Source: Chlorokybus atmophyticus
Lineage: Eukaryota; Plantae; Mesostigma and Chlorokybus algae
Assembly: GCA_009103225.1 (NCBI GenBank)
Contig: RHPI01003599.1
Span: 295,859-359,858, forward strand
Direction: 5' to 3'
Length of the DNA stretch: 64,000 nt
In this document: positions 50,176-62,624 of the stretch, piece by piece
Layout of the letters: each line of letters begins with the position of its first letter
Position numbering within the stretch: the stretch's first letter is position 1
The notes under the pieces: model-generated
Databases searched by the model: none
Told to the model about the DNA's origin: nothing
Seen by the model: only the letters and a program-made list of their open reading frames with translations
Program-made: the position numbers and the translations under genes

Positions 50176-52782
50176 ACCTGTTCAACCACATCACCCCCGG
50201 CTCTTTACGCCGCAGTGCAAGCCACCAGAGGGGCGAGCTCAGGTTTGGCCTCAATGGGTTGGACTGCATTTGTACTCTGATTTAACCCGCGTGACAGACT
50301 CTTCGCATGCATGTAGGTACATGGATAGTGTCAAGCTCATCATATAACTGGGACAGCATGCCTCCGGTTGTTGGCCGTGACACGCGGGCTTTCTTCCCTT
50401 CAACTCCCTGTTTGAGCTTGTGTGAGCGCCGCAAGAGCATGCTTCGACGGTATGCTACGTATTATGTGAGCTGAACGTTGTGATACTGGATGTATCAACC
50501 AGCTGTCAGTCAAGTAGGGTTGGTTGCAGGGGGGCTTGTTTGTTGCTGAGGTATGTTAGTGTAAGCGATACTGAGTTGAAACCAGCTGTACAAGTACTGC
50601 GAGCTGTACTAGTACAGCAATGTACTGCATGAAATCGTGTAAGAGCAACACTTTGTCGTGAACATGTCTGTCATCAGACCACAGACGCTCCAGAACATAA
50701 TATTACCTCTTCCGGGGTGAGAGAGTCCGGGCCTGGATTTAACACATTGTTACCAGCGAGCAACAACAACAAGCGCACCAATATACGTAGTAGTGTAGGT
50801 AGGGGTAGTAAGAGGTTGGGCAGCAATCGCACCAGAGCAGCTGATGCACACGTAGTTAGGGTCTGAGAGCATGACAAAGTTGCATTGTATGATGAGCAAG
50901 AGAGTAAACATGCTGACATGCCCAATTGGAGAAGGCACATGGACGCAGTTCCTTTAGTCAACAGCTGCATCGCCCAACACACCCCTAAGTGCCCAATCCT
51001 AGGATGAGCATGGTCCGGGCAAGTGCCGTTCACTTGCAGTCCGGCCACGGATGGGAGAGGCGACAACGGACATGGTGGCTGACATAGCGAGTACCTCGGA
51101 CAGCGGAGCAGTGAGGGCGAACCTTTGGCACCCGGCCGCCAACGCTGGGCTTCTCTCCTCCTCCTCCTCCCCCCCCGGCCCCCCCCCCCTTCTCCTCCTT
51201 CCCGCAGGGCCTCCCTTTCTGGAGCGTGCGGCAGCGGCAGTAGCGGCCGCGCCCGGGTGAGGGCTGTAGCAGGCAGCGATACCGACTGCTGAGGCGGACG
51301 CAGCGCTAATGGAAACGTTGTGACGTGCTGGCCGCGTTGTACTTAGCGTGTGATGCTTGTATGTTGGTGTATATGTGAACGTGCAGTGTGTAGGATGCTG
51401 CGTGTGTAGGCATGCACGTCAGCCGCTGGGGCCTTGCTGTATGCTACTGTAATATATATATATATAGAGAGAGAGAGAGAGTTCTCCTCCTTGCATACAA
51501 GCAAGTATGGCACATGCCCTGCCATTGCTTGCAATGTGTGCATCGGGTTGCGGTACATGCAATCCTATGAGCCGCGTGTGCGGTCGCGCAGCGCATGACG
51601 TACCCATTACCCTTCACATTGAGGGACAACACGCTTTCAGCATGCGAGAGCGTGTGTGCAGAAGACCTAAGGTATATATGTGTGGGAGAGCGCGAATGCA
51701 CACGTGTTAGGGACCATGCCTCCTTATGTTACATTGGAACCATAGGCATATCAATGTTGGCAGGTGGAAACGCGTGAAAACAAAACTAGACAAAAGAACC
51801 AAAGTATACCTTGCAGAATTGGAGAAAACAAGTGCCGAACGTCATATGACAAACTACTCTGACGGCTTCGGCCATACTTGGGGTCCTTCCCATGCCGACG
51901 TTCCTCGAGGGCGATTCTGTGTAAATTTTTTAAAGTCGGCCATTGTGGCTTTCATCTTTTCTACTTCATCGCTTACCCGATTGACGTCCTGAGCACACAC
52001 CTTTGATCAGAAGTGTAACAACAATAACACGGCCTATGTCAATCGCAAACGCAACACTCACAGCGCGCATCGGAAAGATAATTGCTGCCGCTACAGCGCC
52101 CGGCAAATTGCCCTGCAGGAGTTTCTTGACATTGAGAGTGTGTCTCACAGGCGGCGGCGGAGGCATACGCAAGGGAGGAGGGGACCCCAGCGGATGGCCT
52201 CCGCAGCCGCCCACCACACCGCCATCAACCATCGCCCCGCCCCGCCCCGCCCGGCTTCCACCCCAAACCCCCCGTCCAATGGCGTACCTTGGGTATCAGG
52301 ATCCGCCTTTGCTATGCTGCAGCGGCGAAGGCGTACACCAAACCAGCGGACCGAAATCCTCAGGCTACCTTTGTCAGCTGGAACTGAGTTGTTGGAGTGA
52401 GCTGAACGCAGGCGGAACTTGAATGCTGCGCCATCAAGCAGCCGGCTTCCGGCTTGTCAGCGTGCAGGCTAAGCACGCTGACAGCGGAGCGTCCAAAGCC
52501 GCCGAGCTTACGCTGCAATAGACAGCAATGCCGACTTAGCTCGCTCCTGCTGCTTTCCTTCCCACCTGCTTGAGCCACCACTCCTACAGCTAGCTGCCTC
52601 CCAGCGCCGGGCTCTAACACCAACAGAGCTGCCACCGCTCAACATCTGCTCGCGCACCCCCTCCACCACAATCTCCACCTCCTCCACCACCTCCGCCGCC
52701 GCCGCCTCCAACCCGTAGATCCTACACAACAGCCAGCGTGGGCATGCTAGTGTTGTCCTGTAAGCGGGCCTCCTCCTCGGCA

Positions 52783-55106
52783 ATGGTGGCGGCGAGGCTG
52801 GCGGAGGCCATCGTGAAGGAGCAGCTGGGTGACCCGCTGCGTGCGGTGCTGCTGCGCAAGAGTGCCGGTGCTGGCCTGGCGCTGCCTGTGGTGGCCAAGG
52901 AGGCGCCAGGCGAGGCTAGGCTAGGAACGCCCTGCTGGTGCTGCTTCAGCAGAAATGCGCTCAGGTCCACGGGGTAGGCGGCGGCGTCAGTGGGCAGCCG
53001 GCCCAGCTGGTCTACCTGGCCTGTCTGGACAGGATCCTTGGCCGCCCACGCTCCCCATGCTACCTACGCACCGCCGCCGATCTCCTCGGACCCCAGGCCG
53101 AAGCGGTCGTCGAGCGCCTTCTGGAGCACGGCCGACTCACACTGCCTCAGCTCACGCAGCGAGCTGCCGCCCGAGTCAAGCCTGGTGGGTGCGCATGGCA
53201 ATTGCATGCATGCGCTGTGCATGCCGTTGGTTTTGAGCAGGTTTGTCACTTGACTGCTGCCTGCTAGACATGACGCAGCGGCGTACATTGTTCAGTTGAT
53301 TGAATGGTTGCACCATGGTGTTGTTCGACTTGTAAGCTGTCATACACAATGCTTGTCGTTAACTGCTTACTCTAGTTACTGCTTGGAGTTAACATGGTGT
53401 TGTCATAATGTTGCCAAAATGTTGGTTGCAAACAAAGCTTCAGTCTGCAAGTCAGCTTCGATATCTTCACTGGACATGTCTATGGCACAATTTGGCATGC
53501 TTGTTGCATACACTCACTGCAGTGAACAAGCTCTTGCGTACCATACAAGAAGCCATGTTTGCATGGCATTTGAGTTGCACGGCATTTGAGTTGCACATAC
53601 TTGTCATGCAGTACCTGTTTACAATACTGTTGCATTGTTGCGTTATATTACCCTTAAACAGGTGCAGACACTTCAGACGCCACGGATAAAGTCAAGCCCG
53701 CACTGCGACAGCTGTTGGAAAGGCGATTGGTGGAGCGAGCGCCACCGCCTGAGCTGCCCTTCCCTTCACTTCAAATGCAGCACCTGTGCGATGTCGATCC
53801 AAGGTGTGTTGTGTATGTAGGTTACTTGTTGTACAAACCTTCCGTTCAGCTTCATGATATGCCCTTTGACTCTAACTTAGACTCCAGATCCAGCGACTGC
53901 CGCAACTGAAGCAGCAACGACTGAGGCGCGGCAGCGCTATGCACATATACGGTTTCGCCAACCAGATGGCCTGGAAGATGAGCCGACATCTCCTCCAGCA
54001 AAGAAAGTGAGTTGCCTTACTTGCTGGTGTTGTCAACTGGCGTTTATACACTATGGTTTTAACAACACCACAACATTACAAAACTATCACAACAACACGA
54101 ACCGATGGATGCTTTGCGCAGCGGCGTATAGGGGCAGCTGCTGGTGCGGTGACTGGATCCAAAGCTGAGGTGTTGTGGCGAGTCAACACGGAGGAGTTTG
54201 ACCGCATCTTGAAGCACAAAGCGTGCGTGGAATACGTGTCTTCTCGCTTCGGTGGCGCCGCTGCAGCCCTGTGCTCGGCTCTACTCGCGCAATCAAGAAA
54301 GTTTGAAGCACCCGTTCCGGAGGTCATGTCTCTGACATGGTCTTTGGACCTTCTTGTTGAAGCTGTTCAGAGCGGCAGTGGCGGTGTCACGCACACGCGC
54401 ATGACAGAGTCTCAAGCCTCTGCGCTGTTACGCCAGATGGAAAATGATATCGATGCTCTCGTTGTTACAACTGTCGACCCAATTGCTCCATCCTTTGCTG
54501 ATCGAATACAGGGCGTGTTGGGTCGCATCCGTAATAATGGGGTTGAGGCCGTCGTGCGAGGGCGCTTCAGCATGCCGGCTTGCAGAATCTATCGATTGTT
54601 GGTGCGGAGGCGATTGTTGGAGCAGAAACAGATCGCCGAGATGTCGATGCTGCCGGTGAAACACGCGCGTGAGCTGCTCTACCGGCTGCTGCGCGAGAGA
54701 TACCTCAGCTTGCAGGAGGTGGCGAGGACGGCGGACCACGCGCCCGCGCGCATGTTCTACCTATGGCGCGCGGATGCGAGTGCCGCATGCGAGCTTGCAA
54801 CACAGCAGGTTTGAGCATGTGTGCGCGTGCGCGTGTGCGTCGTTACGTGTCCGTTGTGTATAAGCAGTGTATCCTTCTCAGGTGCACAGGACAGCGTACA
54901 ACGTCCGCGAGTGACTCCGCTTCGAGCTGCAGCAGGAGCAGGAGGTGCTGGACCTGCTCAAATCGCAAGCCGCCTCTGCCACGGGCGTGACCATCACCGC
55001 GGCTCAGTGCTTGCAGCTCAAACGCGTTCGGCGAGTGGCAGCTGTGCTCGAGAGCTCAATGCTGGCACTTGACCGCCAGCTGATGCTGCTCACAGCGGAG
55101 TCGTGA
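52783..55106 (+). pseudogene. POLR3C: POLR3C duplicate, disabled
   Basis: Collinear with the intact copy but has frameshifting indels in exon 1 (~52905-52945), a 4-bp deletion in exon 2 (~53765) and CGA>TGA at 54912. Confidence 0.92.
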
Positions 55107-56134
55107 AAGCTTTTCAACTACATCCCCGCCCGCTCATGCCGCAGTGCAAGCCACCAGAGGGGCGCGCTCAGGTCTGGTCTTAATGGGGTGGACTGACAGT
55201 TGTGTTGTTATAACTGCATACATGACAATAAACGACCGCGTGACAGACTCTTTGCATGTAGGTACATGGACAGTATCAAGCTGATCATACGACTGGGACA
55301 GCATGCCTCCGGTCATGGGCTGTGACACGCGGGCTTTCTTCCTATCAACCCCCTGTTTGAGCTCGTGTGAGCGCCGCAACAGCATGCTTCGATGGTATGC
55401 AAAGTAATATGTGAGCCGAACGTTGTCATACTGGATGTATCAACCAGCTGTCAGTACGGTTGGTCGCAAGGGGGCTTGTTTTTTGTCCCGTGTGTCACTG
55501 TGATTGACACTGAGTCAAAACCAGCTGTATAAATACTGCGAGCTGTACTAGTACTACAATGTACGTGAAATCTAGTGAAAGTGAGCAACACTTCGGGGTG
55601 AACAATTTTGTCGTCAAGCCACACACGCTCCAGTGCATAATCTTAGCTCTTGCGGGGTGAGAGAGTCCGGGCCTGGGTTCAATACCATGTCACCAGCGAG
55701 CGACAACGACAAGCGCACCAGTATATGTAGAAGTGTATAGAGCGCTGATTGTGAGTGTACGTAGGGGCAGCAAGAGGTAGGGCGGCGATCGCACCAGAGC
55801 AGCTGATGCACATATAGTAAGGTTTGAGAGCATGACAAAGTTGCATTATGACATGTGCAAGAGTATAAAGATGCTGACATGCCCAATTGGAGAAGGCACA
55901 TGGACGCAGTTCTTTTGGTCACCAGCTGCTTAGCCCAACACACCCCTAAGCGCCCAATCCTAGGATGGGCATGTGCGGGGCAAGTGCCGTTCATTCACTC
56001 CAGTTTGGCCACGGATGGGAGAGGCGACAACGGACATGGTGGCTGACATAGCGAGTACCTCGTATAGCGGAGCAGTGAGGGCGAACCTTTGGCACCCGGC
56101 CGCCAACGCTGGGCTTCTCTCCCCCCCCGCCCCC

Positions 56135-56242
56135 NNNNNNNNNNNNNNNNNNNNNNNNNNNNNNNNNNNNNNNNNNNNNNNNNNNNNNNNNNNNNNNNNN
56201 NNNNNNNNNNNNNNNNNNNNNNNNNNNNNNNNNNNNNNNNNN
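56135..56242. other. assembly gap (N run)
   Basis: N characters. Confidence 1.
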
Positions 56243-57976
56243 CCTCTCTTTCTCCTCCTTGCCTACAAGCAAGTGTGGCACATGCGCTGCGTAGAGCTCT
56301 CACCATGGGCCCTGCCATTGCGATGTGTGCATGGGGTTGCGGTACATGCAAACGTGTGAGCTGCATGCGCGCCCGTGCCACGCATGGCGTACCCCTTACC
56401 CTTCACATCAAGGGACAACACGCTTTCAGCATGAGAGCGTGTGTGCGGAAGACCTAAAGTTTATATGTGTGGGAGCGAGTGCATGCGTGTTGAAAACCAT
56501 GCTTCCTTATGTTACATTGGAACCATAGGCATGTCAATGTTGGCAGGTGGACACACGTGAAAATACAACTCCACAGAAGAACCAACGTACACCTTGCACA
56601 ATTGGAGCAAACAAGTGCCGAATGTAATACAACAAATTACTCTGGCGGCTTGGGGTTGGGGCACACGTTCCTTGAGGGCGATCCTGCGTAAAATCTCTCA
56701 ATCTTTCATCAGCTTCACTTCATCGCATATATCCGTTTGACGCCCTGAGCACCTTTGGTCAGATCCAAGTTCATCACATCGCTGCGCAGGACAGCAGCTG
56801 CTTGTGCAGGGCAGGCGGCGGCGCTTCAGCTGGCGACACACAGACAGCGAAGGGCCTGAAAGAAGGTAAGGTAGGCCTAGCGGGAAGTGAAGCAGCGCTT
56901 CCTGTTGAGCGAGTGTGTGCTTGCCGTCTGCGGCCTGAAGCTTTCGTGTTTGTGCTGCGCGAGTGTTACCTTGCTGCCTGAGTCAACGTCTCGTCTTATG
57001 CCGGCGCACGTCGTCGGTGTTGCCGTTGCATGCAGCGCCATGATTATGTCCATCACGTCACAGCAAGCCGCCCTCATTACCCCATTGCCAATTGTCCATC
57101 AACACAATCATCCCTCCCACACTCACCACGCCTCACTGGTTGATGTCCACATGCAGTTGCGTGTGCATTGCTCGCTGATGCATTGCGTGCATAGCCTAGC
57201 CTCTAGCACTGGCTGGCGTCCTTTTTTTTGCAAAACTTCCCACCTCCCTTCCTCTACCTATTTGTTGTTTAGCCGCATCCGCTTCCGACCTTGGGTGTCT
57301 GCTTGGCTGCTTTGCCCTCCTGCCCTCTGCTGCTCTCACTATCTCCATCCTGGCGTCAAGCACCAGCACCTTCACCTCCCATCGCCTGCCACTTCCCACC
57401 TGTCTAGCTCCCTGCAATTGAATCACTGCAAAACAGCAACGCGCACCTGTTCACGAGCAGGTGTCGGCACCTGCTTTGGAGCTGCTTGCAACCGCCGAGC
57501 GCTATGCATTGTCCTGTCAAGCAGAGCTGCTGACAACTGGTATGCATGCACGCGTTATGGATCTGTCCAGCAATATGCTTTTCAAAACCACCAAGACTGG
57601 GTCCACCATGATATGCATGGTGGTCCACACAGTTCGGTGCTGCATCGTCTTGTCAGCTTGCTACTATCCCGTATTGTGGGCATGGCCCCAGCTGCTTGAT
57701 TACGATCAGCAAGTTGTTAGTGGCTGCAGACGTGCCCGAATAGCTACGCATGTCGGCGCGCATCAACTTGTGCATCATCATGTCGTTGCAGGCCAAAAGC
57801 AACGTAATGGCGCTGGCTGGGATCATGCTGCCATCATTGTACATGTCTGGTGCTGCTGCCCTCGTTCATGCACGCGTCAGCTTGGGTCATAGGTGTGTGT
57901 GCACACACCAAGCGGATGACATCTCACCAATGGCAGTTACGCTCCTGAAAAGCCCCCATGGCTTGTTGATGGCAGC

Positions 57977-59529
57977 ATGCCTTCACCCCGCAACAAAATT
58001 GGTTGCCATTCAGGGCAGTGCAGCGCAGGCTTTGGCACCTACCATCTGCACCCGCCCCATCTCAGCAGCTTTCTCGAGAATGTTCGAGTGTAGTGGTGCG
58101 GGCGGATGCATCGTCGCCGCAACGCAGGTATCATCTGGGCTACTGTTTGTTATTTTCACGATGGTAGCAGCAAGTGCATCTTCAACAAGAGACATGCAGG
58201 TGCAGGGGTGCTAAAGTGGTGTTATGGGTCAAGCGACAGTGGCCACCGCGTCCCGTTCAGCCCGCTGTTAAGATTGCTGTCTTTGATTATGAGACGGTCA
58301 CCGATGTCTGCGCCACTGCTAAGAAAGGGCATGCTCTGGACAAGTACGATGTTATATTGCTCGAGGTACGTATCAACTGTCCTTGCATGTGATGGCGTGG
58401 CTAGAACCTCAGCATTCGTGTTGCCAGGCCTATGACGATCAGGAGCAACTTTTGCTGAACACAACAACGGTCCAAGAGCTCCTGCATCGAGGTTTGTAGC
58501 GCATGCGCACGCAACGCGTGAGACATTGCTTACCATGCGCGTCAGTAGTAGATGTGTTGATGTTTTGGGTTGGCATGCAGATCTGGGTAGCCGGGAGCGT
58601 CCAGTGTTGGTGAAGGGACCAGAGACTCCCTCCAAAGCAGTGCGCATCTGGGATGCCCAGTCAGGATTGCGTCTGGTTATGATGTTTTCGCAAGACGACT
58701 TGGTTAGATATCTCCGGCTGCAAGGCTGGAGTGGGTTGATTGACTTGGATACAGAGCCGACCGATATAGAAGTAAGTGATTTCGACATGCTGGAGCCTAC
58801 CAAAACCTACCGCGGCGCAAATGTTGGCATTGAACTTATGCTTAGTGCGCAAAGAGTGCAGCAGCTTGTGGCTTACACGCGGGGGAAGCAACACGCATCC
58901 GCAACAGCTGTGTATACGGGAACCGCACATCTGGCGCGCGTCACCCAAGCCACCATTGTTGGAGACAAGGTTGCCTACCGTGCTGTCCTACAAAGAAGCC
59001 ATTCAGAATTTGACGGACTTGCCTTGCTTGAGGGTTTTGCACACCCTCGTTTCAGTCATGTTACTACCGCTCTCGTCGCCTATGCGGAGAACCTGGACTA
59101 TGGCAGAGAAAAGGATGTGATTGATTTCCATAAGAAAGTCGCCCTACTCGAACAGCAACTCCGGCATGCTCCCGAACAAATCCAATTCGTGACAGTGAGT
59201 TTCTTGATGGTCGACTCGTTTGTCTGGATGGTTCTCATCATACTGATCGTTGGCAACTTCTCTGTCACAGGAAGACAACCATGCGCACTACAATGCGCAG
59301 CATATCGTACGTACTGCGATTGACTGCAATGCACATGTTGGTGAGTTGTGTTGTGTGCCTTGCAGTTGCAGGAGCTGTGAAATGAGAACTAACAAGCACT
59401 TACCCATTTGTTACAGTACCATTCTTCAGAGCGCCATGGCTGCACCCAGACATTGTGCGCAACCGCGTGCATAAGGAGTTTGGGGTGCTTCTCTCCACAG
59501 TTGGTGTTGGTGAGACCCCCGTTTTGTGA
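57977..59529 (+). pseudogene. uncharacterised Crinkler-like (Ubl header plus putative REase fold) protein, copy A; exon 1 frameshifted
   Basis: Exons 57977-58127, 58206-58365, 58428-58491, 58581-59194, 59271-59340 and 59417-59529. Exons 2-6 join in frame and end at TGA 59527-59529. Exon 1 has a 7-bp deletion relative to copy B. Confidence 0.65.
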
Positions 59530-61539
59530 TGCTGCTTCCGCTAGCTGGGTCCTTACGTGTGCCTCTTGGCTTCTTACTGAATGTTGCCATGTAAGAGAGG
59601 CTGAGCTGGACATATGCGAACTGCTGTACGTCTCTGGTAAAGGGTTTTGGGTTCGTGCATTGTGCACTCACTGCATGGAACATGTAAAGCACATGAAACA
59701 ATCATGCACGCTTGAATGGCTGTACAGGTTGCTGAGCAGACGCATAACGTTGACAGCCTCCGAGCCCCGCTAGCATGTGCGCACGCGCAAGGGCTAGCTG
59801 AGGAGGGAGTGGGAGGCTGTCGACCATTGTGACTATTGCTGCTGTAGACGTGGACTGATGACACGTTGTGCGTGTGAAGTAGCTGCGTGTGCATGCAGGC
59901 ATGCCCAACACTCTGATGGTTGGGCAGTTTGAGGCATGGGGTCAGCGTGCAGAAACTTGGCTGAGTGCGGTGGTTGTGCACAGGGCATAACTCTTCCTGG
60001 TAGACATCACGCACTCATGCACTCACAAGCAGGCAGGGAAACACAGCAACATCCTCCTGGTTTGATGAGAATCGCCAAGACTGAACGCCCTTGTTGAAGG
60101 CCGTCACCATTGCCATTGATATCACCCTTTAGCATTGTGAAGTGGTCGGGTGCTGCTATCAATGTGGGAGACGGTGAACTACAGAGATCGCACCCGCGCT
60201 ACTTGGCATCAATGGCGTGAGCCTGCAACATGTGCGTACATGGCATGAAAAGCATTATTGGTAGTGGCAATGAAGCTTCCTAAAATGTTCGCCCAGAGTC
60301 AATCAGGATCACTCTTGCTTGTTGAGTTTATTGTATAACATGATGCAAAGCAGCAGCAGTTACGGTGTTGTGTACCCTGTTACATGAGGATGGTCAACAG
60401 TCTGGGGTTGGCATGCTTGGCACCAAATGTAGAAACAGTTTGAAAACGGAGAGGCTCGGCCAGCAGTGTTACAGAAACAACACACGCAAGTTGCGGGGAG
60501 GGGGGACACAAATCTTTGCATTGCCTTCTCACTTGCTTGGGCGAGCTTTCTCAACGCAGTAGTTGGCACTCCAACACTAAGCATGCTTCCAACACCATCT
60601 ACAACATAGTTCTTGCTATGGAAATTCACATGCTGCGTTGGGGAGCGGTAGGTTATCATTGCCCTATGCCCTATGCCCTCGTTACCACCAACTTGCTCCC
60701 ATCAGCAGCAGCAGCCCTGTACTGCAAACCTGCTTGTATGTACGTGCGTGATGGACTGGACTGGACCCTTCACTTGCTTCAGAGCGGTGCGGTGGAAGCT
60801 CTCGAGACGAGTCATCAGTCTTTGGCACATGCGCTCTCGACTTGCGTGTGGTGAGACAGAAATTCTGTCACCTTCCATACTGACAGGCAATCTGGGTGCT
60901 GTTCGCTGCGAAAGACAGACAGACACACGCACACACACACCAACATAATACGCATCATTGGACTGCATTGCCCTGTCCATGGATCAACACAGAGTTGCAT
61001 GGATGTCTGCATGTGTTGCATCGCATTGTGTTGTGTCTTGACCACGCGATGTGGGAAGGGCAGGACGTCGTGCGCAGGCTCCATCATCAGCAGCTTTCCT
61101 TCTGCTTTGACTACCTGACCTGTCGTGGGCGGGGGAGGGTTCGCCCTTGTGGTCCACCACACCATCGTGGAGGTGAGGAGCAGCTTGGCGCTGACTTCGT
61201 CTCTGTCGCTGTCGTCAAGGCCGTTGCCGCCCTTGTGGGCGTGCGACGTGACGGCGGCAAAGTAGTGTAGTAGGTGCTCTGCGCTAGAGCACCACCAGCG
61301 GGCAGAAGCCCATGAGGCACGCCGGCTGCTCCGGCCTGGGCTTTCATCAACGGCCAAGCCCCTCCTCGCCGCCGCTTGAGCAAGACACCGCCAGGCCAGG
61401 GGCGGGACCAGGCAGACCACCGAGAGACTCGTTGGGCTGCTTCACACTCTGCTAACTAAGGGTGGGCTCAGAAGACCCCCCGGGTCAGCAGGACGCCCTA
61501 CCCTCCCACCCGACGGCCCGACACCCATCCTTCCTGCCC

Positions 61540-61940
61540 TCTCTGTCGACGGCACACGCTCACGGTTTGTCTCGCGCACAAGCACGCTCTGTTTTGTCAC
61601 ACACGCATGCACAAGCGTTTTCTGCCTCACGCGCTCGCACACATTGCGCACGCTCTGTTTGTAACACGCGCACGCCATGCCGCACGCGCATGCATGCACA
61701 GGCATAGGCATAGGCACATGCACACGCACAAAAGCACAGGCACAAACGTTTTCTGCCTCACACGCTCAGGGTTTGTCGCACGCACTGGCGCGCGCGCATG
61801 TGCATGCATGCATGCATGTGCCCACGCATACGCACGCACGTGCGCGCCTGAGCGAGAGAAGGTCACACGCAACCTCCATCGCACGCATGCGCGCCCATGT
61901 GCACACGCGCACAGACGCGCGCGCGCTCTCAGCTAAGCGG
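61540..61940. repeat. degenerate CA/GC-rich minisatellite
   Basis: Recurrent units such as CACGCTCTGTTT(T)GT(C/A)AC and CGTTTTCTGCCTCAC. Confidence 0.6.
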
Positions 61941-62624
61941 CGCTGCTCCAGGGTGACGTCGATGCAATCGCCGTTTTGTCTCCCTCCCTCTCTTGCACGT
62001 GTCTTCGCTCGGGCTCGTCTCTCATGCACGTACGCATAACTCAGCTCGCACAATGCAATGACATGTGCACCTGTTCATGAGCAGGTGTCGGCACCTTTGG
62101 AGCTGCTTGCAACCGCCGAGCGCTTTTCAATGCCCTGCCTCAAGCAGAGCTGCTGACAACTGGTATGCATGCACGCGTTGTGGATCTGTCCGGCAATATG
62201 CTTCTCAAAAGAACCAAGACTTGGTCCACCGTGATACGCATGGTGGTCCACACAGTTCGGTGCTGCTTCGTCTTGTCAGCTTGCTACTATCCCGAAATGT
62301 GGGTATCGTGCGCATGGCCCCATCTGCTTGAATACGATCAACAAGTGGCTGCAGATGTGCCTGCCTGAATGGCATAGCATGTATTCTACACATGTCGGCG
62401 CGCATCAACTTGTGCATCATCATGTCGTTGCAGGCCAGAAACAACGTGATGGCGCTGGCTGGGATCATGCTGCCATCATTGAACATGTCTGGTGCTGCTG
62501 CCCTCGTGCACGCACGCGTCAGCTTGAGTCACAGGTGTGTGTGCACACCAAAACAGATGACATCTTGTCAAACCACTCGCAGTTACGCTCCTGAAAACCT
62601 CGGCATGGTTTTGTTGATGGCAGC

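Larger units (their letters stand above)
47420..56760. repeat. tandem segmental duplication, unit ~4.9 kb (~47420-52010 vs ~52330-56760)
   Basis: Collinear homology covers the promoter, the POLR3C exons and introns, and ~1.8 kb downstream. ATG offset is 47923 vs 52783. Boundaries are approximate. Confidence 0.9.

Noticed and set aside
50230-52232. Possible minus-strand gene downstream of POLR3C, present in both duplicate units
   Set aside because: No frame stays open in both copies and no family is recognisable, so similarity is explained by the duplication alone.
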